Translations under genes and position numbers: made by a program
NCBI GenBank assembly: GCA_009995545.1
Contig: JAACPI010000002.1
Span: 2,965-66,964 of the forward strand
Reading direction: 5' to 3'
Length of the DNA stretch: 64,000 nucleotides
From: a bacterium
GTDB lineage: Bacteria > Patescibacteriota > WWE3 > 2-01-FULL-39-13 > JAACPI01
Shown here: in pieces, positions 56,743-64,000 of the stretch
Numbering within the stretch: position 1 is the stretch's first letter
How the letters are laid out: each line of letters opens with the position of its first letter
The notes under the pieces: model-generated
What the model was told of the DNA's origin: nothing
The model's database searches: none
Seen by the model: only the letters and a program-made list of their open reading frames with translations

Positions 56743-57345
56743 CTATCTTGAGTAAAATTCAACTATAAGTTGTTCTTTTATCTCCTCTGTAAAATCTTCT
56801 CTCTTGGGAAGGGCTAGTAGTTTAGCACTATTACTCTTTTTATCCCAATTTAACCAGACAGGAGATTCAAACCCCTCTATTATAGAAGGTATAAAACCTT
56901 CTTTTAAAGTAAGTATGTCCCCCATTTTAAATTGATAAGAAGGTATATTTAAAATCTTACCATTAACTAAAACCTTATTTTGTCTTACTAACTGCCTAGA
57001 TTGAGATCTAGAAGAGCCTATACCCAGTTTGTAGATAATGTTGTCTAATCTTAGCTCTAGTAGTGATATTAAATTTTCACCGGTAACACCTGGGGTATTA
57101 GTCGCTTTCTTATAATAGTTTTTAAACTGTTTTTCAAGCAAACCATACATTCTCTTAAGTTTTTGCTTTTCTCTTAACTGAATACCATAATCGGATAATC
57201 TAGTTCTTGAATTACCGTGCATTCCAGGAGCCTGTGGTTTTTTTACAAAAGCACTTTTTTCACTAGTTGACCTTGTACCTTTTAAAAATAAATTTTGACC
57301 TTCTCTTCTGCTTAACCTTGTGGTTGGACCTGTATATCTACCCAT
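56743..57345 (-). CDS. rpsD: 30S ribosomal protein S4
   Basis: MGRYTGP, QLREKQK, LELRLDN, IVEFYSR; start corrected to 57345. Confidence 0.97.
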   Translation of the reverse strand: MGRYTGPTTRLSRREGQNLFLKGTRSTSEKSAFVKKPQAPGMHGNSRTRLSDYGIQLREKQKLKRMYGLLEKQFKNYYKKATNTPGVTGENLISLLELRLDNIIYKLGIGSSRSQSRQLVRQNKVLVNGKILNIPSYQFKMGDILTLKEGFIPSIIEGFESPVWLNWDKKSNSAKLLALPKREDFTEEIKEQLIVEFYSR

Positions 57346-57346
57346 T

Positions 57347-57742
57347 TTACATCCTCCTCCTCTTCTTTGGCCTGCAGCCATTATGAGGTATAGGAGTAAC
57401 GTCCCTAATGGTAGTTACTTTTAACCCACCGGATTTAAGACCTTTAATAGCTGACATTTTTGAATTTCCGGGACCTTTAGTAATAATATCTATTGACTGC
57501 ACTCCTAGGTCTACGGCTTTTTTTGCTACTTGCTCGGATGCTAGAGTTGCAGCATAAGGTGTCGACTGCTTTGCACCCTTAAAGCCAACCATTCCTGGGG
57601 AAGACCAACAAACTGCCTCACCTAAAGAATTAGTTACAGTTATGATTGTATTGTTGTAAGTACAGGTAATAAAGGCTTTACCATTAGGTGTAACCTTAAC
57701 TGTATTTTTTTTAGTTTTCTTTGTTTGTTCTTTTTGAGCCAT
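57347..57742 (-). CDS. rpsK: 30S ribosomal protein S11
   Basis: NNTIIT, STPYAA, DVTPIPHNGCRP. Confidence 0.98.
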   Translation of the reverse strand: MAQKEQTKKTKKNTVKVTPNGKAFITCTYNNTIITVTNSLGEAVCWSSPGMVGFKGAKQSTPYAATLASEQVAKKAVDLGVQSIDIITKGPGNSKMSAIKGLKSGGLKVTTIRDVTPIPHNGCRPKKRRRM

Positions 57743-57745
57743 TTA

Positions 57746-58132
57746 TTATTTTTTAGCTAATACTCTCTTAAGACCCCCTACTGCCTTAGACTTTCCTTTT
57801 CTTGTCCTACAGTTAGTACGGGTTTTTTGACCTCTTAAGGGTAAACCTTTTTTATGCCTTATTCCCCTATAAGATCTAATATCTTGTAGTCTTTTAATGT
57901 TTGACATTACAAGTCTACGAAGCTCCCCCTCGGTACGTATACTAAGGCTTTGTATTGCATCTAGTATATCTGATATCTCTTGGCTAGTTAAATCATCTGA
58001 GGATTTATTTACATCAACCTTAGCCCTATCTAAAACTCTATCAGCTGTTTTAAGTCCAATACCATGAATATACTGTAAAGCGTATCTTATTTTTTTTGCT
58101 TTTGGTAGATCTACACCAGCTATTCTTGCCAT
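57746..58132 (-). CDS. rpsM: 30S ribosomal protein S13
   Basis: MARIAGVDLP, YRGIRH, RGQKTRTN. Confidence 0.98.
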   Translation of the reverse strand: MARIAGVDLPKAKKIRYALQYIHGIGLKTADRVLDRAKVDVNKSSDDLTSQEISDILDAIQSLSIRTEGELRRLVMSNIKRLQDIRSYRGIRHKKGLPLRGQKTRTNCRTRKGKSKAVGGLKRVLAKK

Positions 58133-58134
58133 AT

Positions 58135-58248
58135 TTAACCCTGTCTTTGTTTGTGTTTTAAATTTTTACAAATAATAAATATTACACCGCGTCTTTTTAC
58201 GACTTTGCACTGAGTACATATTTTTTTTACAGAAGCTCTTACTTTCAT
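58135..58248 (-). CDS. rpmJ: 50S ribosomal protein L36 (Zn-ribbon type)
   Basis: Below the ORF-track cutoff. Manual translation: [37 protein letters not shown]. Confidence 0.97.
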   Translation of the reverse strand: MKVRASVKKICTQCKVVKRRGVIFIICKNLKHKQRQG

Positions 58249-58331
58249 ATTTTACCTTTTAAAAATCTGTAGGATGAAATCCTGCTAGTAAAATTGTTTA
58301 AAAACCAAGATAATATCACTATAACCTACAT

Positions 58332-58359
58332 AGTATAAATAGTTTTCCTCTTAAATCAA
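58332..58359 (-). promoter_or_regulatory. sigma70-type promoter for the rpmJ-rpsM...rplQ (alpha) operon
   Basis: TTGATT-N16-TATACT on the minus strand. Confidence 0.55.
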
Positions 58360-58369
58360 CCAAATTCTA

Positions 58370-58594
58370 CTATTTCTTAAATCTGTAGGTAATTCTCCCT
58401 TTTGAGGGATCGTAAATACTTATTTCTAATGTAACCTTGTCTCCTGGTATTATCTTTATATAGTTCATTCTCATTTTACCAGAAACATGAGCTAGCACGG
58501 GATCTTCAAATCCCTCTACAGCAACCTTAAAACTGGCATTAGGTAACTTTTCTAGTATTGTTCCCTCTTTTTCTACAACATCTTTTTTGGTCAT
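58370..58594 (-). CDS. infA: Translation initiation factor IF-1
   Basis: LPNASF, HVSGKMR, GDKV, KGRITYR. Confidence 0.98.
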   Translation of the reverse strand: MTKKDVVEKEGTILEKLPNASFKVAVEGFEDPVLAHVSGKMRMNYIKIIPGDKVTLEISIYDPSKGRITYRFKK

Positions 58595-58604
58595 AAGCGT
58601 AGGT

Positions 58605-58633
58605 AATATAACATTAAAATACTGTTAAATCAA
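58605..58633 (-). promoter_or_regulatory. sigma70-type promoter for infA
   Basis: TTGATT-N17-TATATT with TG extension, 10 nt before the ATG. Confidence 0.6.
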
Positions 58634-58647
58634 CATAAACGTCCGAT

Positions 58648-59397
58648 TTATACTAATATTTCACAACCTTTTTTTCCAATAACTACGGTGTGCTCAAATT
58701 GTGCAGAAAGACTACCGTCAAAAGTGTCTAAACTAAAGCCATCCTCTCCTATAGTTAATTTAGGACTGCCTTGCATGTACATTATTTCTATGGCAAGAAC
58801 CATGCCCTCTTTTAGTCTTTCACCGGTATCTTTTTTACCATAACAGGGAATTTGAGGCGGTTCATGTAACTTTTTTCCAATCCCATGTCCTACTAAATCT
58901 ACCGAAACATTGAACCCAGCACCTTCTGCCGATTTTTGCATTTCGTAGGATAGATCACCAATTCGATTTCCAACTTTAGCTTTTTTAAGGGCATTATTTA
59001 AACCGGCCTTACCTGCGGATAAAAAGACATCGTGCACGTGACCATTTCCAACCTCTACAGTATAGGCCGTATCTGTATTTAACCCCTTGTAGATAACACC
59101 CATATCGATGGTTACTAAATCCCCTTTTTTTATCTTTGACTTTTTACTAGGCAAAGTATGAACCAGCTGATGATTTACGCTTACACAGGTGGCAAAGGGG
59201 TAAGGACCATCTCCAGCATCATATCCCAGAAAAGCAGGCTGAACTTCATACTCCTGCATTTTTTTGGATACAAAAGTTTCTATATCTAAAGTTGTGATAT
59301 TAGGTCTTATAATATTTAAAGCGCCCTCAAGAATAGAGCGATTAATATTCCCCCCCTGTCGTAGATACTGTAACTGTTTTATGTTATTTAGAATCAT
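58648..59397 (-). CDS. map: Methionine aminopeptidase type I
   Basis: CVSVN..LVH, IDMG, DTAYT, GHGIG..LHEPP, AIE, SAQFEHT. Confidence 0.96.
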   Translation of the reverse strand: MILNNIKQLQYLRQGGNINRSILEGALNIIRPNITTLDIETFVSKKMQEYEVQPAFLGYDAGDGPYPFATCVSVNHQLVHTLPSKKSKIKKGDLVTIDMGVIYKGLNTDTAYTVEVGNGHVHDVFLSAGKAGLNNALKKAKVGNRIGDLSYEMQKSAEGAGFNVSVDLVGHGIGKKLHEPPQIPCYGKKDTGERLKEGMVLAIEIMYMQGSPKLTIGEDGFSLDTFDGSLSAQFEHTVVIGKKGCEILV

Positions 59398-59987
59398 CTG
59401 CTCCTACTAGGTAAAGCAGACCTAAAAGAATTATATAGCGACATAATTTCGGTGTGGATTTTTTCGACCGTGCCCCCGCCGTCAACGGTATAAAGAATAC
59501 CTCGTGATTTATAGGATTTTAGCACAGGTTCAGTTTCTTTATGATAGAGATCCACCCTTAACTTTACGGCCTCAGAGGTGTCGTCAGGGCGGTTTTCTTT
59601 AGTTGACCGGCTAATTATTCTTTTGACCGACTCGCTTACACTTGTGTCAATAAAAATTGCAAAGTCAACCTTTTTGCCTACAGTATCTAAAGTGTAATCT
59701 AATAAATTTACTTGGGAAAACCTTCTAGGGACACCGTCAATAACCATTTTATCACCCAAGTTAGCCAAAAGAGCTTCTGAGAGTATGGGGTTTACAATTG
59801 AGTCATCAACTATACTACCGGAAGACATTTCATTAAGAATAATACTGTGGAGTTTATGGGAAGGATCCTTAGCGATATTTCTAAGCACTTCTCCAGTGGA
59901 AAACAACGTTAAACCAGTTTTTTCGGCCAGCAGCCGAGCCTGGGTAGATTTACCACTCCCTGGAGGTCCTAAAACAACAATATTCAT
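59394..59987 (-). CDS. adk: Adenylate kinase (short LID)
   Basis: GPPGSGKSTQ, STGEVLR, DGVPR, RPDD. Confidence 0.95.
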   Translation of the reverse strand: MNIVVLGPPGSGKSTQARLLAEKTGLTLFSTGEVLRNIAKDPSHKLHSIILNEMSSGSIVDDSIVNPILSEALLANLGDKMVIDGVPRRFSQVNLLDYTLDTVGKKVDFAIFIDTSVSESVKRIISRSTKENRPDDTSEAVKLRVDLYHKETEPVLKSYKSRGILYTVDGGGTVEKIHTEIMSLYNSFRSALPSRSR

Positions 59988-59988
59988 A

Positions 59989-60270
59989 TTACATCATATT
60001 AAAATCTTTTAATTCCCCGGATTTCTGCAGCTTCTGAAGCTGTTTAAGAACTAACTTTTCTCCTTTTTTCATTGCTTTTGTAAAATTTTTGTTAGGCTCA
60101 CCGTCTACTTCCACAGAGTCAATTTTAAAAAATGTTACAGCGCCCTTTAAGATTAATTTCACATTTCCTTCCTCTACCTCAATTGTGATATTACCTAATT
60201 TTTTCTGAAGATCAAAAAACTGTTTTTGTTGTTGAATCATTTGTCCTGTCTTTTTTAATTGTCCTAACAT
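59989..60270 (-). CDS. Divergent YbaB/EbfC-like nucleoid-associated protein
   Basis: About 93 aa: MLGQLKK...LQKKL, a beta hairpin (IEVEEGNVKLIL) and a C-terminal helix; architecture similar to YbaB. Confidence 0.55.
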   Translation of the reverse strand: MLGQLKKTGQMIQQQKQFFDLQKKLGNITIEVEEGNVKLILKGAVTFFKIDSVEVDGEPNKNFTKAMKKGEKLVLKQLQKLQKSGELKDFNMM

Positions 60271-60285
60271 ATTATTTAAAAATTA

Positions 60286-61557
60286 TTAGTTTAATCCTAC
60301 ATTACTATACTCATGCATTATAACCTGAGATTCAATTTGTTTAATACTTTCTAAAACCACAGAAACAACAATAAGAACTCCGGCACCACCAATAGTAATA
60401 GAAGTTACCCCAGTAATAGAACTAGCAACATTAGGCAGAATAGCAATAAGTCCTAAAAACATAGCTCCTACAAAAGTCACACGTGTAAGAACATTGTTAA
60501 GATACTCTACAGTGGCTCTACCTGGCCTTATACCAGGAATGTAACCGCCTCTATTTTTAAGATTTTCTGCTATATCCTCCGGATTAAAAGTTAAAGCGGT
60601 GTAAACAAAAGTAAAGAAGAACACAGATAGAAAGTACAAAATATTATAATAAGAGCTATTTGGAGCAAAATTGTAATTTAAAAAAGTCCCTATTGTATTT
60701 AAAAAGCCTGCAGAAGACTGAACAAAAACATTTCCCAAAAAAGAAGGGATTAAGACTATGGCTACGGCGAAAATTATGGGTATAACACCAGCTTGATTGA
60801 TTTTTAGAGGTAAAAAGCTATCACCACTGTAACTAGCTTTATTAGAGCTTGCGTAGGCAATAGGTATCTTTCGAGCAGCCTCATTTACATAAATTGCTCC
60901 CATAACAACCAAAAAGGAGATAATGCCCGTAAAAATTATATTTACTAAATCTCCGGACTGAAAACCAAGCAATATAGATTTGGAACTTATGGGTATAGAA
61001 GAAATAATACCGACTAAAACTATAAGAGAAATACCGTTACCTAGATTTTGTTCAGTTATTAAGTCACCTATCCACATAACAACAAATGACCCCGCTACTA
61101 ATGTTACTATCAAAGAAACTAGGTCTATAGGAGCGAGTTGTGGGAATAATCCTTGCTTTTGAAACAGTATATAAATTCCAAAACTCTGGATAATAGCAAC
61201 GGGTAAAGTAAGGTATTTAGTATATCTATTTATTTTTTCTTGACCATAAAGTCCTTCCTTAGTTAATTCTTTTAAAGAAGGTATTGTATAAGTAAACATC
61301 TGCATAGCAATAGAGGCACTAATATAAGGACCTATACCTATAGTTGAAAGAGAAAATCTTGAAAGGCTTCCTCCAGAGAACACATCTACTAAACCTAACA
61401 GCTGGCTTGATGCAAATAAAGAGGATAAACCATCTCTGTTAATGCCCGGTAAGGGTATATGAGCAACTATTCTGTAGGCAACAAGTAGACCAAAAGTGAT
61501 TAGAAGTTTTTTCCTTATATCTGGTGTATTTATTGCTTTTTTAAGAGTCTCAAACAT
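60286..61557 (-). CDS. secY: Preprotein translocase subunit SecY
   Basis: HIPLPG, GIGPYISASI, GNGISL, NQAGVIPIIFA, IPGIRPG. Confidence 0.98.
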   Translation of the reverse strand: MFETLKKAINTPDIRKKLLITFGLLVAYRIVAHIPLPGINRDGLSSLFASSQLLGLVDVFSGGSLSRFSLSTIGIGPYISASIAMQMFTYTIPSLKELTKEGLYGQEKINRYTKYLTLPVAIIQSFGIYILFQKQGLFPQLAPIDLVSLIVTLVAGSFVVMWIGDLITEQNLGNGISLIVLVGIISSIPISSKSILLGFQSGDLVNIIFTGIISFLVVMGAIYVNEAARKIPIAYASSNKASYSGDSFLPLKINQAGVIPIIFAVAIVLIPSFLGNVFVQSSAGFLNTIGTFLNYNFAPNSSYYNILYFLSVFFFTFVYTALTFNPEDIAENLKNRGGYIPGIRPGRATVEYLNNVLTRVTFVGAMFLGLIAILPNVASSITGVTSITIGGAGVLIVVSVVLESIKQIESQVIMHEYSNVGLN

Positions 61558-61569
61558 TATGGCAGGGAA

Positions 61570-62013
61570 CTATAAAACTTTACCACCTATCTCCTCAATA
61601 GAATTTTTAGCTGACTTAGAAACTTTAATTCCAGTAAGGGTAACGGGGGATTTAACTTTAGTATCAAATAATAACTTAATACCATCTTTTGGTACTTTTT
61701 TAAACAGGCCTTTCTTAAGTAAAATTGTAGGGCTAACTTCTTTTAAACCTAGTTTATCCAGCATAGAAGTTTTTAGTATATAAAACTTATCTTTATAAGG
61801 ACTGGAAAAACCTTTGGTATGAGGTAATCTTTTAACAATTCTTAATTGACCTCCCTCGAAGTAAGGGGATATTTTACCACCCGTTCTAGATTTTTGACCT
61901 TTACTACCTCTTGTCGAAGTGTGGCCACCGTGACCTGAACCATATCCTCTACCTATACGTTTTTTACTTTGTTCATCGCCTTTTCTTTTGTTAAGTTTAG
62001 TGAGGTCAAACAT
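61570..62013 (-). CDS. rplO: 50S ribosomal protein L15
   Basis: RIGRGYGSG, RGSKGQKSR, FEGGQ; start corrected to 62013. Confidence 0.96.
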   Translation of the reverse strand: MFDLTKLNKRKGDEQSKKRIGRGYGSGHGGHTSTRGSKGQKSRTGGKISPYFEGGQLRIVKRLPHTKGFSSPYKDKFYILKTSMLDKLGLKEVSPTILLKKGLFKKVPKDGIKLLFDTKVKSPVTLTGIKVSKSAKNSIEEIGGKVL

Positions 62014-62014
62014 T

Positions 62015-62461
62015 TTATTTATTATTTTCAACTTTTTTCAGATTTTTGAGTAGTTCTATGGTAGCTTTAACATTAGCTGCCTTGTTGTTAGTACCAAGTA
62101 CTTTTGCAGAAATATTTCTTACACCTGCAAGCTCTAAAACATTTCTAACGGCCCCGCCAGCTATTATACCAGCACCCTCAGGAGCAGGTTTTACTAAAAG
62201 CTTAGCAGCCCCTCTTTTTATTCTTGCTTCATGGGGTACGGTACCTTCGACTAAGTTAATTTTAACCATATTTTCTCTAGCTTTTTTAGAGGCTTTTTTA
62301 ATAGCATCCCCTACACTTCGAGCTTTACCTAAATAGTATCCAATATGGTCAACTCTATCTCCAGCTACAACTAGAGCTGTAAAGCTTATTCTGTTACCAC
62401 CAGAGTTCTTTTTAGAAACTCTTTTAACCTGTATTACGTTTTCGTCGTATTTATGCTCCAT
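62015..62461 (-). CDS. rpsE: 30S ribosomal protein S5
   Basis: RVSKK..GG.R.SFTALVVAGD, PAPEGAGIIAGG. Confidence 0.97.
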   Translation of the reverse strand: MEHKYDENVIQVKRVSKKNSGGNRISFTALVVAGDRVDHIGYYLGKARSVGDAIKKASKKARENMVKINLVEGTVPHEARIKRGAAKLLVKPAPEGAGIIAGGAVRNVLELAGVRNISAKVLGTNNKAANVKATIELLKNLKKVENNK

Positions 62462-62467
62462 ATTAAT

Positions 62468-62794
62468 TTAAAATTGAACTCCGGCTTCTCTGGCCCCTTC
62501 TGCAACTTTTTTAACTCTACCATGATACAGATAACCACTTCTATTAAAATAAACACTAGTAATCTTATTTTTAGAAATATACTCGCCAACCTTTTTACCG
62601 ACAATAAAAGCTGCTTCAGACTTGGTACCTTTTTCATTCTTAGAGCTAAAAGATACTAGAACCTTACCTTTAGGATCAGCTAGATAAGCATTAGTGTAAA
62701 GATTAGATCTGAAAACACCTACTAAGTGTTTTTGATTATTTCTCTGGTTAGTATATTTAATTTTTGCTTTGATTTTTGATCTATTTTTTAACAT
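62468..62794 (-). CDS. rplR: 50S ribosomal protein L18
   Basis: VFRSN, FNRSGYLYHGRVK, AREAG. Confidence 0.96.
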   Translation of the reverse strand: MLKNRSKIKAKIKYTNQRNNQKHLVGVFRSNLYTNAYLADPKGKVLVSFSSKNEKGTKSEAAFIVGKKVGEYISKNKITSVYFNRSGYLYHGRVKKVAEGAREAGVQF

Positions 62795-62797
62795 ATT

Positions 62798-63337
62798 TTA
62801 AGCTGCTGCTTTTCCTGATTTTCCAGGCTTTCTTCTAACTTTTTCCTCTGCATATTTTATACCTTTACCTTTATAGGGTTCAGGTTTTCTTACTTTTCTT
62901 ATTTGTGAAGCGGCATGCCCCACCAAATGCTTGTCTATACCCTTTATAGATATCTTAGTGTTATCAGTAACGTCTATTTCTACACCTTTTGGAGCAGTGT
63001 AGTCAACTGGATGAGAATAACCAGCATACAGAGTAACACCGTTTGCAGATTTTGTTGCACGATACCCTACGCCTATCATTTCCAACTTTCTTTCAAAACC
63101 TTTTTCTACACCTATAACAGCATTTTGTAGTAGGCTTCTGTATAATCCCCATTTTGCAGAATCGAACTGATCTCCCTTTGGAACTACACTGACTTCATTA
63201 GACTCAATCACAAGATTAAAATTAGCCTCAAAAGGTACAGTCAATTCACCTAGAGGACCTTTTACTATAATACTATCTCCTCTAGATTCAACAGAAGATG
63301 TTGTTATATTTATTAGTTGTTTTCCAATTCTAGACAT
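62798..63337 (-). CDS. rplF: 50S ribosomal protein L6
   Basis: MSRIGK, GVGYRA, GYSHP, PEPYKGKGI. Confidence 0.98.
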   Translation of the reverse strand: MSRIGKQLINITTSSVESRGDSIIVKGPLGELTVPFEANFNLVIESNEVSVVPKGDQFDSAKWGLYRSLLQNAVIGVEKGFERKLEMIGVGYRATKSANGVTLYAGYSHPVDYTAPKGVEIDVTDNTKISIKGIDKHLVGHAASQIRKVRKPEPYKGKGIKYAEEKVRRKPGKSGKAAA

Positions 63338-63344
63338 TTTTTAA

Positions 63345-63722
63345 TTACCAAACTTTACAAATTATCTCTCCTCCAACATTTTGTTTTATTGCCTCTTCAG
63401 CTGAAATTACTCCCTTAGGGGTAGTAAGAATCTTTATTCCTAGAGATCTTCTAGTTTTTTTAAGTTTATCCACATCAGTATAAACTCTTCTGCCAGGCTT
63501 AGAAACTATTTTAATATCAGTTATCTGTCCTTGTGTAGGTAAGATTACCTTTAAAAATTTGTGAGGACCTTCTTTAAAAGTTGTAAAGTCTTCAATTAGA
63601 CCGCTATTTTTTAAAACCTGTAAAACATCCTTTTTAATCTTTGAAAAAGAAAATGTTACATCTGACTTTTCAGCCATGATTCCGTTTTTTATTTGTATTA
63701 CAAGATCTGCTAAATGAAACAT
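63345..63722 (-). CDS. rpsH: 30S ribosomal protein S8
   Basis: IKNG, SKPGRRVY, TTPKGV, GGEIICKVW; start corrected to 63722. Confidence 0.96.
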   Translation of the reverse strand: MFHLADLVIQIKNGIMAEKSDVTFSFSKIKKDVLQVLKNSGLIEDFTTFKEGPHKFLKVILPTQGQITDIKIVSKPGRRVYTDVDKLKKTRRSLGIKILTTPKGVISAEEAIKQNVGGEIICKVW

Positions 63723-63732
63723 ACTTTTTATT

Positions 63733-63918
63733 TTACCAACTTGATTTTTTAACCCCTGGAAGCATTCCAGCATGTGCTAATTCTCTGAAACAAATTCTAC
63801 AAAGCTTAAACCTTCTCATATAGGCTCTAGACCTACCACACTTTTGACATCTGGGGTAATTCTGTACCGCAAATTTCTTTTTTTTCTTCTGATCTGCTAT
63901 ATGTGCTTTTGTAGCCAT
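63733..63918 (-). CDS. rpsN: 30S ribosomal protein S14 type Z
   Basis: [23 protein letters not shown]. Confidence 0.97.
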   Translation of the reverse strand: MATKAHIADQKKKKKFAVQNYPRCQKCGRSRAYMRRFKLCRICFRELAHAGMLPGVKKSSW

Positions 63919-63949
63919 TTATTCTAGATAATTTAATTTATAGTTAATA

Positions 63950-64000
63950 CTACTTACGAAAAGGAACACCTAACTTAATCAGTAAGGCCTTACCCTGATC
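63950..64000 (-). CDS. rplE: 50S ribosomal protein L5, C-terminal fragment
   Basis: Manual translation DQGKALLIKLGVPFRK*; expected position upstream of rpsN. Confidence 0.88.
   Translation of the reverse strand, partial: DQGKALLIKLGVPFRK

Noticed and set aside
1-64000. CRISPR array, rRNA, or alternative genetic code 25
   Set aside because: No regularly spaced repeats or rRNA-like segments were seen. Conserved genes translate full-length in code 11, and TGA acts as a stop (e.g. adk and the NUDIX gene ending at 18904).

Overview
Low-GC bacterial chromosome segment with no phage, IS or CRISPR evident, read with the standard code 11. It is most consistent with a Patescibacteria/CPR genome (WWE3/Microgenomates-like): rpmD (L30) is missing between rpsE and rplO, most genes lack Shine-Dalgarno sites, and many appear leaderless. 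Housekeeping content: the distal spc/alpha ribosomal cluster (rplE 3' end to rplM-rpsI), gltX, pgi, recA-recX, rny-ymdB-HU-yvcK-miaB-miaA, a DEAD-box helicase, RNase P RNA, tRNA-Pro(GGG) and tRNA-Gln(CTG). Accessory and envelope content: two OmpR-type two-component modules with recognisable direct-repeat boxes, a MacAB-like ABC exporter, a SipW/TasA-like plus WxL/DUF916 cell-surface locus, a dockerin-bearing secreted protein, and an alpha/beta-hydrolase fused to a CP-ATP-grasp domain. The standout is a 1718-aa alpha-2-macroglobulin with predicted membrane anchors at both ends and an intact CVEQ thioester. A 129-aa Hint (intein-like) domain, GGG|C...HN|D, sits in its bait region, and the gene overlaps a membrane-anchored MEMO1/AmrB homologue. 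This suggests a self-activating covalent-capture system with up to two thioesters. All calls come from motif reading only; no database searches were run.
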